Source of the DNA: a virus
IMG/VR virus record: IMGVR_UViG_3300045988_027716
Reading direction: 5' to 3' (one strand)
Length of the DNA stretch: 18,506 nucleotides
The notes under the pieces were generated by a model. The model was not told the origin of the DNA. It ran no database searches and saw only the letters and a program-made list of their open reading frames with translations. Numbering within the stretch: position 1 is the stretch's first letter; every line of letters begins with the position of its first letter. The position numbers and the translations under genes are program-made. Positions 5,970 through 12,817 of this stretch are shown here, in pieces.

Positions 5970-6476
5970 TTACTGTCGTGGGGTGACCCTCGGCTCGGGA
6001 TTGCCGAAGATGTCCTTATTGCCGAGCACCGCCCAGGTGATGCAGTCGTGTTGTGCGGCCTGCGTGGTGGTCATGGTGGCCATCTGATCGACCCGCGCAC
6101 CATATACGGCGAGCTCACGGTACATGTCGCGGTTGGTGTTCTCCGAGTCCTCGTATCGGCCTGTGGTCGGGTTGTAGGTGATCTCGCTGTCCTCGTATTT
6201 GTCAAGTTTCGCGGCCAGATCATCCAGGGCGGTGTCGACGGTCGCCTGCCATGCGCCGAGTTGGGCGATCACCTTGTTGATCGCCTCGACGTCATTGGCC
6301 TCGTCCTTGGCGAGATCGTCGATCGATTCGCGCAATTCGTCCAAGTGGCCGGCCATCTCCTGCACCATACCGAGCACGGTAAGCGTGTCGCGGTAGCTGA
6401 ACGGCTGAGTCGTCGTGTAATACCGTTGCCGCGGGTCTATGTCCAGCGGTGTGATGGTGGAATTGAGCCCATACAT
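5970..6476 (-). CDS. Hypothetical structural protein (168 aa, acidic, coiled-coil-like centre)
   Basis: A strong AGGAGG sits 7 nt before ATG 6476. It lies inside the tail gene block, between the lower collar and the appendage genes. I recognise no motif. Confidence 0.8.
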   Translation of the reverse strand: MYGLNSTITPLDIDPRQRYYTTTQPFSYRDTLTVLGMVQEMAGHLDELRESIDDLAKDEANDVEAINKVIAQLGAWQATVDTALDDLAAKLDKYEDSEITYNPTTGRYEDSENTNRDMYRELAVYGARVDQMATMTTTQAAQHDCITWAVLGNKDIFGNPEPRVTPRQ

Positions 6477-6508
6477 ATTATTGCCTCCTGTCTCTCGCTA
6501 TTTTACCC

Positions 6509-7321
6509 TCAATGCCCGAGATTCCACGCGAGCATGGTGCCCCATGATTGCGGCATGGGGGTCATCATGTCGCCGCTCCCCCACATACCCAGGAACAGGG
6601 GTTCGAGCGCCTGTATCACCATGAGATCGATGTTCAAGAACGTCTGGCGGTACTCCTGCAAGAGCGCTGACCTGGATCCGCTGAACCCGCTGGTGTGCAT
6701 CGTGGCGTTGCCCTTGTCATTGGAGTGCTGGTAGTCGGTCATGCTATGAGATTGCGCGTCCTGCGTGGAGTCCTGCGAGCTGGTGGTGTGAGTGTTGCCC
6801 TTGGAATCCGTCTGGGACGCGGACGTGGCGTACTTTTTGAAGTCGTCCAGTCGTGTCTGGGGGAATTCGCTGTTTACGGTCATGGCGCTGTTGTCGGCCA
6901 ACGTGTCCGACTCGCTGGACGAATGCGACGTGTTGGACTGGTTGCCGGACTGTTTGCCGCTGGATTCGCTCACGTTGTTGCTGTCCGTGGTCTGGGTGAT
7001 GTCGGACGTGAGGAATGGGTCGAACTTTGATTGCGCGGATAGGTACAGTTGGTTGAAGTAGTCCATCTGCTCGCGCATGGTGCGCCCCAGGTAGGTGATG
7101 AACATGGGGATGGTCTCGCTGCCGATCTCCCTCAGCTGGTAGTGCGCCACGATCTTATCGTTGAGTCGTGCGCGGTATGTCTCGTCGAAGATCGGATACC
7201 ACTCCGAACTGAGGTGCAGTTTTTCGTCGGTGTCATACCCGGCGGCGATCACCCCACCCAACGTCATGGTGTAATCCGCCATATTGTCCTTGATCGCATA
7301 ATCGCTGAAGTCCTGTACCAT
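6509..7321 (-). CDS. Lower collar protein (phi29 gp11-like)
   Basis: The motif YPIFDETYRARLNDKIVAHYQLREIGSETIPMFITYLGRTMREQMDYFNQLY matches the lower-collar pattern as I recall it (YPIFDE.YR..LN.KI..HY..REIG.ET). It lies directly after the portal gene, with the portal TAA abutting its ATG. Confidence 0.8.
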   Translation of the reverse strand: MVQDFSDYAIKDNMADYTMTLGGVIAAGYDTDEKLHLSSEWYPIFDETYRARLNDKIVAHYQLREIGSETIPMFITYLGRTMREQMDYFNQLYLSAQSKFDPFLTSDITQTTDSNNVSESSGKQSGNQSNTSHSSSESDTLADNSAMTVNSEFPQTRLDDFKKYATSASQTDSKGNTHTTSSQDSTQDAQSHSMTDYQHSNDKGNATMHTSGFSGSRSALLQEYRQTFLNIDLMVIQALEPLFLGMWGSGDMMTPMPQSWGTMLAWNLGH

Positions 7322-8248
7322 TTACTCCTCACTTCCCGTCAAACCGTCGGCGGTCAACAGTCCGCCGCTGGTTTCGTCGTTCCATTCGATGCCGATTGGC
7401 TCGGTGAAGTCCCATAACCGGTTGATCGTGTCGCACGCCTGCTGCCGCGCCTTCAAATATGAGAGCCTGTAGACGTTGGTTTTGCTGTTGCCTGCGGCCA
7501 CCTCCGAGGATATGAGCCGTTCCTTTTTCTCGGTGGTGCTGTTGTCGATCCCCAGGAAGTTGACCAGCTCGTTCCAGATCTGCGTCTTTGCCTGAAGAAT
7601 CTTGTCACATAAAAACGGAGTGGTGTTCGGGAACGTTTGGAACATCCCGGTAATATCCGCGCTGTCGTAGGCGTAGATGTAGGGGTCGCCGTCCTCACGC
7701 GCCTTCATCAGGTTCTGCGCGGTCAACTTTGAGGTTTCGGATGTGGCGATGATGAGCGGGACGCTGATGTTGTCCAGATTCACATCCAGCGCCCTGTCCG
7801 CCAGGGCGAGGCGTCGCGCATAGTTCCACACAACGTCGATCATGGTGCACCGCAACTGGTTGTCCCAGATCGGAACGCACTCCTTCGACCCGATCTGCGG
7901 ATAACTGTAGCCCGTGGCGACGGGCTGGAACGTCGTGGGATTATTGTAATAGTTGACCCCGCCGATGTTCCCGGCTGTGACCATGAAAATATTCTGCCTC
8001 TTGTCGGGGTAGAACAATACGAGGCCGTTTTCGAAAAGCGTCAATTCCAAGAATCGCTCGTCCATGTACGGCGGGAGATTCCTCCATTTGAACCGGCTCA
8101 CGGCCAGCATCTCGATCAGCTTGAAATACTGGTTGATGCGCATGGCCTGCTGCGTCTCGGGGAGATTCATATTGCCCCATTGGCTGCCTAAAACGTGCTG
8201 GTTGTCCCATGCGGCGGCCTTGCGTGCGTTATTGCGTTTACGTCCCAT
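7322..8248 (-). CDS. Portal / upper collar connector (phi29 gp10-like)
   Basis: 308 aa, versus 309 aa recalled for phi29 gp10. Shared motifs include the N-terminal MGRKRNNARK (phi29 MARKRSNTYR), FKWRNLPPYMDERFLE (phi29 FEWENLPPTINPSFLE) and TEKKERLISSEV (phi29 LEKKERMVTDEV). Confidence 0.93.
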   Translation of the reverse strand: MGRKRNNARKAAAWDNQHVLGSQWGNMNLPETQQAMRINQYFKLIEMLAVSRFKWRNLPPYMDERFLELTLFENGLVLFYPDKRQNIFMVTAGNIGGVNYYNNPTTFQPVATGYSYPQIGSKECVPIWDNQLRCTMIDVVWNYARRLALADRALDVNLDNISVPLIIATSETSKLTAQNLMKAREDGDPYIYAYDSADITGMFQTFPNTTPFLCDKILQAKTQIWNELVNFLGIDNSTTEKKERLISSEVAAGNSKTNVYRLSYLKARQQACDTINRLWDFTEPIGIEWNDETSGGLLTADGLTGSEE

Positions 8249-8266
8249 GACAGTATTCTACCTCTC

Positions 8267-10498
8267 TTAATAGGCGATTCCGGGCAATGGAGTATTGTCG
8301 CCGTAGTCGGTCACGCCGATCTTCGCAGGATCGGTCCACACGGTCACACCCGATTCGAAAATACCCTTAATGGTCAGCCGGTACTCTTCGGGGCATGTGC
8401 TTGAGCGGATGTACATCTCATGTACCTTCCAATAGGTGAAATTGGACATGCACACCAACGTTTGTGGTATTTTGAGGAATCGCTGGACGTAATACCCATA
8501 TCGCAACCATACTTCACCGATTGCCGTCATGGCCGCCGGGGCGATCTGGCGGAACCGCACCAACACACCCATGATCCCGTTGGCAAGGTTGAACGAGTCG
8601 CCCCCCAGCGCGCCCGACGTGGTCGGAGGTACCGTCTGCGTCTGCTGGACCTGCGCGTTGATACCGGCGATCACGTTCTCGTAATCGCCTTTCATGACCG
8701 CCGTACTGAGTTCCTTGTTCATGTCGGCGATCTGCATGGTTTGCTGGTTGCCGAGATTGGTTTGCGCCAGCGCGTAGGCGTTGGCCTGCGAGGTGGTCGC
8801 GTTGTTCGTGGTCTGCGTGTTCGAGAGTTGCTGGTTCGCGCTGGACACGTTGTTTTCATAGGTCTGTTGGTTCGCCCATGCTCCGATCGCCGTGCCTGCG
8901 GCGGCTCCGATCGCCCCGCCGATGTTCCCGGTGAGCGCGTTGCCCACGACGTTGGCGACACCTGACCCGATCGTGTTCAGCTGGCTCATTTGGTTGTTGA
9001 AGTCAAGGTTCTTGAGGGCGAGGTCGGTGCTCATCTGGGCGGCGTTGTTGCTGATCGCGTTCATCGCGTTTCGGTTGGACGTTCCGAGCCGGTTTTGGGC
9101 GGTGGCGTACTGCGTTCCGACCAGCGCCTGCGCGTAGGCGTTATTAATGCCCATTTGAGTCTTTTGCTGAGTCCAGTCCGCCGACTGCTGGGAGTATGCG
9201 CGCGTGTATGCGCTGTTCGCCAAAGCCAAAGCGCTACCGTTGTTGACGGCCATGAAGGTTGGGAAGTTGGTGATCCCGAAACTGGCGTTGAGCATTTCGC
9301 CCGAGTCGATCGGCAGGCCGGAATTGTTCGGCAACGGCGACGTTTCACTGACGTTGGTGGCGTTGTATCCGCGCGGGTAGAAGTTGAGCCTGGGGGATGG
9401 GGGCGCGTAGTCCCATGCCTCACGGATGACCAGGTCATTGCTGGGGATCTGCTCGGGATTATAGGTGATGACCGTCCCGTTCAAACATGAGCACTCCAAT
9501 ACCGCGTATGGTGCGGTGCGGAACTTTTTCAGATGCTCGTAGCGTTCCGGAAGTCTGAAATTATCCCGGAAATTGGCGATATGGATGATGTCGGCGCACC
9601 GACTGGCGGCGTCATTATGACGCACCTCCAAACGGTAGCAATCACCGCGCCAATCGATCAACTGATTGAAAAATGTGCCCGGGGTTTTCTGGTTTTGCAA
9701 GAGGGCTTCAGGGAGCTGGGGGATTGCATAGATGCCGCAGATCCCTTGCGTGACCCACGGGTATTCCGCGCCAGCGCCCATGACGGCTAGGAAGTCCAGG
9801 GCGTCCGAGAAATAATACAAGGCGGTGCCGTTTGCATGGTTTTCGAATGCTCCGCCGTCCGCGCACGTGGTTTTCGGGGCGCTCGCCGTGCCAGGATCCG
9901 CGTCCAGCTTGGTGGTGGATACCACCAACAGGCCGAACGTGGTGTAGCCGTTCGTTTCGCTGATGAGACTCCTGTACCGTTGTCCGGCGACTATCATTGA
10001 TTTGCCGGTGTCCAACCCTTCGGGAAGGTCCAGGTAGGTGCGCCCATAGTCCCGCCATTGGTTTTCGTTGGCTACGCCGATGTGTCCGCGCTCCACGTAC
10101 GCGTTGCCCAGCGTCACGTCGAACTGGTACGACTGCCATACATCCAGTTGGATGTTAAGCTGTGACGTGGTCGCGTTGACGTAATCCACGTTTTGGACGA
10201 AGTAATACCAGCTTCGCGGCGTATCAAAATCATAGGTGTTCGTGGCGATCAGGTAGTTATACTGACTTGCTTGGGCGAATGGGATCGGCAAACGTACCGG
10301 CAGGCCGTATTTCGCCATGCTCGCCCCGGTAAACGTCAAGCCGTCCAGACTCTTGAAATAGTTTTCCTGTGTCGCATGGTCGGGGAATCGCACGATATCC
10401 CTGTACCCGTTGTCCCACGTCACATTGCAGAGTTTGAAGCTCGTGTTAGGTGTCCAGCGCGCATAGGAAAAGTTGATCGGTAGGTCGTTCGCCGTCAT
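8267..10498 (-). CDS. Tail knob / distal tail tube protein (phi29 gp9-like)
   Basis: The N-terminal region resembles recalled phi29 gp9: VTWDNGYRDIVRF, SWYYFVQNVDYVNATTSQLNIQLDVWQSYQFDV and YVERGHI versus phi29 KWFYAFVTELEF...EIDVLQTWMFDI...IVREHV. I moved the start to ATG 10498 (GAGGAG 5 nt upstream), because the track start at 10540 lies inside the capsid terminator hairpin. Confidence 0.88.
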   Translation of the reverse strand: MTANDLPINFSYARWTPNTSFKLCNVTWDNGYRDIVRFPDHATQENYFKSLDGLTFTGASMAKYGLPVRLPIPFAQASQYNYLIATNTYDFDTPRSWYYFVQNVDYVNATTSQLNIQLDVWQSYQFDVTLGNAYVERGHIGVANENQWRDYGRTYLDLPEGLDTGKSMIVAGQRYRSLISETNGYTTFGLLVVSTTKLDADPGTASAPKTTCADGGAFENHANGTALYYFSDALDFLAVMGAGAEYPWVTQGICGIYAIPQLPEALLQNQKTPGTFFNQLIDWRGDCYRLEVRHNDAASRCADIIHIANFRDNFRLPERYEHLKKFRTAPYAVLECSCLNGTVITYNPEQIPSNDLVIREAWDYAPPSPRLNFYPRGYNATNVSETSPLPNNSGLPIDSGEMLNASFGITNFPTFMAVNNGSALALANSAYTRAYSQQSADWTQQKTQMGINNAYAQALVGTQYATAQNRLGTSNRNAMNAISNNAAQMSTDLALKNLDFNNQMSQLNTIGSGVANVVGNALTGNIGGAIGAAAGTAIGAWANQQTYENNVSSANQQLSNTQTTNNATTSQANAYALAQTNLGNQQTMQIADMNKELSTAVMKGDYENVIAGINAQVQQTQTVPPTTSGALGGDSFNLANGIMGVLVRFRQIAPAAMTAIGEVWLRYGYYVQRFLKIPQTLVCMSNFTYWKVHEMYIRSSTCPEEYRLTIKGIFESGVTVWTDPAKIGVTDYGDNTPLPGIAY

Positions 10499-10510
10499 TG
10501 TTGCTCCTCT

Positions 10511-10545
10511 AAAAAAAAGAATGGGATGCATGTATTGCATCCCAT
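10511..10545 (-). terminator. Intrinsic terminator immediately after the major capsid gene
   Basis: The 10-bp perfect stem ATGGGATGCA (10521-10530) pairs with TGCATCCCAT (10536-10545) around a 5-nt loop. On the minus strand it is followed by TC and then T8 (the plus-strand A8 at 10511-10518). It begins 21 nt after the capsid stop codon. Confidence 0.8.
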
Positions 10546-10565
10546 CCTACTGCATCAGATAAATA

Positions 10566-12281
10566 TCAGGCGGTTACGCTGACGTTCTTGGTCCCCGTCT
10601 TGCCTGCGAACTTCACGGTGACCTTGGCGGTTCCGGCGCTCGTACCGGTGACCTTGCCCGTCTTGTCGACGGTTGCGTGTGCATCCACCGACCAGTCCGC
10701 AAAATTGCTGACATCAATGGAGTTGCCGTCGGTCATGACGGCCTGCGCGGTCAGCTTGATGGACTGATTGACTTTGACGGTATCCGCACCCTCGACAAGC
10801 AGGCCGGACAATGCGCCCACCTTGATGCCGCCGACCCACGTACCGACCACGGGCACGTCCAGTGCGGCGGAGACGGTCTGGTCGATTTCGGGCGTGGCCG
10901 GGTTGATGTAGGTGGCCTGGGCGGTGACCTTGAGGCTTTCGGCGGTTTCATCCAGACCGCAACGCAGGATACCGTCGTTGTCGATCGAAGTGAACTGGGA
11001 GCTGGCTCCCTCGACCGCATACGTGATACCGACCGGCTGGAAGCTTGCGGTGGAGGCGTTGGCGCTGGAAATGGTGGATACCACCTGCACCAGATCGCCG
11101 CGGGATACGTTCTGCGGGGTGATGGCCGGCTGACCGTACTTCTGCACCTTGAGTTCGAACACAGGCGTGGAGGTGGTGAGCGTGTCAGGCAACACCACAG
11201 TGCCGGCGGAACCGGCCCCGGTCCAGAACAGGATAGCGTTGGCGAACGGGTTCGGGGTGATCGAGCCGCGGTGCTTGTAGAAGATGTTGCGGGTCCCGTC
11301 GATCGGGTTGACCGGGCTGTTGGTCGTCTCCAGCATCTCATCCCACTGGAAGAAGAAGTCCTCGGTGGTGAGGACGGCCTGCACCTTGCCGGCCGCGCCG
11401 CCGATCCCGAACATGCTCCCGGGGATGGGGATGATGCGATAGGGGACGTTCGCCCTGTCGATGTGGAAGGCCGCGGCGAGGGCTTCGACGTTCAGCGCGG
11501 CGATCACGGCAGGGGTTGCGAAGAGGATCGCCTCGGAATCGCGCCACGGGGTGACCCAGCTTTGCGCGTTGTACTTGGGCATGGCCGACATGGGGCTGGC
11601 CTTGAGTTCGTTGGCTACCTGCTGGATGAGACGCAGAAGAGTCTTCGCGTCCGCCTCGGTGCTGTTCGCGCTGCCGACGTCGGGGGTGTTGACGCGGTAG
11701 AACCCGCCCTTGCGCGCGTATTCCGCGAAGCACTGGGTTTTCATGAGATACATGTCGTTCCGGTCGCTCAGGATCGGCGCGTTCATGATCTCACTGATGT
11801 AGTTGCTCATGCCCGCTTCGCCGTCGAACGCGGTCAGCAGAGCGTCCTCGGGGATCGTGACCGGGTAGTAGTGGTCGAACGTGAGCGGGTGGAACACGCT
11901 GGCGGTCGGGAGGCTGTAACGCCCGTACACGTCGTCACCAAGGTATTCCTTGTCGAAATTGCGGGTGCGTGCCTTGACGAGGCCCACCGCGGCCTGCTCA
12001 TAGGTGGAGCCGTACCGCTTGAGGGTGCGGGGGGAGCCGATGAGCTTGAGCGGATCATCCCAGTCCGCGTGCTGGACATACAGGCCAATGAGACGCTGGA
12101 TGAGAACGCCGGTGAATTCGTCGCGGAGGTAGGGGAAGTTGCGCATGGTGTCAACCGCGTTGCGGATATTGCCCTGCGTGGCGGCGGGGATGCGCACCTG
12201 GAACTGCGGGGAGGTGGCGGAGCGTACTGCGTTGAAGATCTCAACGTCGCCCTTGTCGGCCAGTGGCCTTACATCACTCAT
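10566..12281 (-). CDS. Major capsid protein with C-terminal Ig-like (Big_2-type) domains
   Basis: At 571 aa it is the largest head-region ORF, and it follows a small acidic scaffold-like gene. The C-terminal KVNQSIKLTAQAVMTDGNSIDVSNFADWSVDAHATVDKTGKVTGTSAGTAKVTVKFAGKTGTKNVSV is a typical Big_2 pattern. phi29 gp8 also carries such a domain. The terminator right after it fits a highly expressed gene. Confidence 0.9.
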   Translation of the reverse strand: MSDVRPLADKGDVEIFNAVRSATSPQFQVRIPAATQGNIRNAVDTMRNFPYLRDEFTGVLIQRLIGLYVQHADWDDPLKLIGSPRTLKRYGSTYEQAAVGLVKARTRNFDKEYLGDDVYGRYSLPTASVFHPLTFDHYYPVTIPEDALLTAFDGEAGMSNYISEIMNAPILSDRNDMYLMKTQCFAEYARKGGFYRVNTPDVGSANSTEADAKTLLRLIQQVANELKASPMSAMPKYNAQSWVTPWRDSEAILFATPAVIAALNVEALAAAFHIDRANVPYRIIPIPGSMFGIGGAAGKVQAVLTTEDFFFQWDEMLETTNSPVNPIDGTRNIFYKHRGSITPNPFANAILFWTGAGSAGTVVLPDTLTTSTPVFELKVQKYGQPAITPQNVSRGDLVQVVSTISSANASTASFQPVGITYAVEGASSQFTSIDNDGILRCGLDETAESLKVTAQATYINPATPEIDQTVSAALDVPVVGTWVGGIKVGALSGLLVEGADTVKVNQSIKLTAQAVMTDGNSIDVSNFADWSVDAHATVDKTGKVTGTSAGTAKVTVKFAGKTGTKNVSVTA

Positions 12282-12297
12282 AATATTTCATCCTCTC

Positions 12298-12573
12298 TTA
12301 AAACAGATCTTCGATCGTGATGCTGGAGGCTTCCGTCTCCGGCTTATCGTTGTCAGCGCCGTTGCGGTCGGCCCGCTCGAATCCGAGCGTGTCCATCATT
12401 GCCTTCATGGCGCTCACCTCTTTCTCGAGGGTTTCGAGTCGTTCGGCCAGACCATTGTCCGGTTCCGGTTCCGGCTCCGTTTTCGGCGGGTCGTTCGGGG
12501 TTTCCGTGGCCTCCTCTTTTTCGGTCGGCGGCGGCGGTGTGGTGTTTTCGTCTTCGTCGGGTTCGTTGTTCAC
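12298..12573 (-). CDS. Scaffolding protein candidate (91 aa, acidic, helical)
   Basis: I place the start at GTG 12573, with GGAGG 5 nt upstream; the track's TTG at 12585 forms part of that RBS. The composition is Glu/Pro/Thr-rich, with a helical LAERLETLEKEVSAMKAMMDTL segment. Its position directly upstream of the capsid gene matches phi29 gp7. Confidence 0.7.
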   Translation of the reverse strand: MNNEPDEDENTTPPPPTEKEEATETPNDPPKTEPEPEPDNGLAERLETLEKEVSAMKAMMDTLGFERADRNGADNDKPETEASSITIEDLF

Positions 12574-12607
12574 AGTTACCTCCAATTGGATAGTAGGTTA
12601 CCCGTCA

Positions 12608-12616
12608 ATCATACCA
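12608..12616 (-). promoter_or_regulatory. Candidate late promoter (extended -10, TGGTATGAT)
   Basis: The minus strand reads TGGTATGAT. It lies just downstream of the early-operon terminator and ~35 nt upstream of the scaffold GTG. I see no good -35 element. Confidence 0.4.
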
Positions 12617-12630
12617 CTGTGCATGTCGGA

Positions 12631-12664
12631 AATAATAAAATAGCCCGGCAATCACACCGGGCCA
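12631..12664 (-). terminator. Intrinsic terminator ending the early/replication transcription unit or a small RNA
   Basis: The minus-strand stem UGGCCCGG pairs with CCGGGCUA (12641-12648 with 12657-12664, including one G-U pair) around an 8-nt loop. It is followed by UUUUAUUAUUU. Confidence 0.75.
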
Positions 12665-12753
12665 AAAATCGCCTTATGAAAGTATCCAAATGGCTAATGT
12701 AGGGTACGGGCACCACACCCATAGCGCATGACGTTGGCGGCATTCTCAGCCGT

Positions 12754-12782
12754 GGTATTCCAACATCACCAATCCCAGTCAA
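12754..12782 (-). promoter_or_regulatory. Candidate internal promoter (TTGACT-17 nt-AATACC, with TG upstream of the -10)
   Basis: On the minus strand, TTGACT lies at 12782-12777, followed by a 17-nt spacer ending in TGG, then AATACC at 12759-12754. It would yield a ~120-nt RNA ending at the terminator. Confidence 0.3.
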
Positions 12783-12808
12783 CAGCCGACACTTAGAAGA
12801 CATGTTGG

Positions 12809-12817
12809 ATTATAGCA
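12809..12817 (-). promoter_or_regulatory. Candidate extended -10 promoter (TGCTATAAT) overlapping the polymerase stop codon
   Basis: The minus strand reads TGCTATAAT, an exact TGnTATAAT consensus. There is no convincing -35. It would yield a ~170-nt RNA ending at the terminator. Confidence 0.35.

Larger units (their letters stand above)
12631..12802 (-). ncRNA. Candidate prohead/packaging RNA (pRNA) or other small RNA
   Basis: This stretch lies between the polymerase stop (12810) and the terminator at 12631-12664. The only ORF across it (12609-12803) has no RBS, has low GC at third codon positions and reads through the terminator. Promoter-like elements predict transcripts of ~170 nt or ~120 nt. 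An internal hairpin GGGUGUGG-UGC-CCGUACCC lies at 12702-12720. The assignment rests on position only. Confidence 0.3.

Noticed and set aside
10677-12320. Very long plus-strand ORFs antisense to real genes: 10677-12320 (547 aa), 14297-15331 (344 aa), 5781-6734 (317 aa), 4702-5607 (301 aa), 2984-3670, 2272-2952, 15174-15917 and 8420-8965.
   Set aside because: These are typical shadow ORFs of GC-rich DNA. Their products are Arg/Gly/Val/Pro-rich and low in complexity, they have no RBS, and each lies opposite a minus-strand gene with clear family motifs.
12609-12803. A 64-aa minus-strand ORF filling the gap between the polymerase and scaffold genes.
   Set aside because: It has no RBS before its ATG, and its GC at third codon positions is much lower than in neighbouring genes. 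It reads straight through an intrinsic terminator hairpin and a promoter-like element. The region is better explained as a non-coding or RNA-gene tract.
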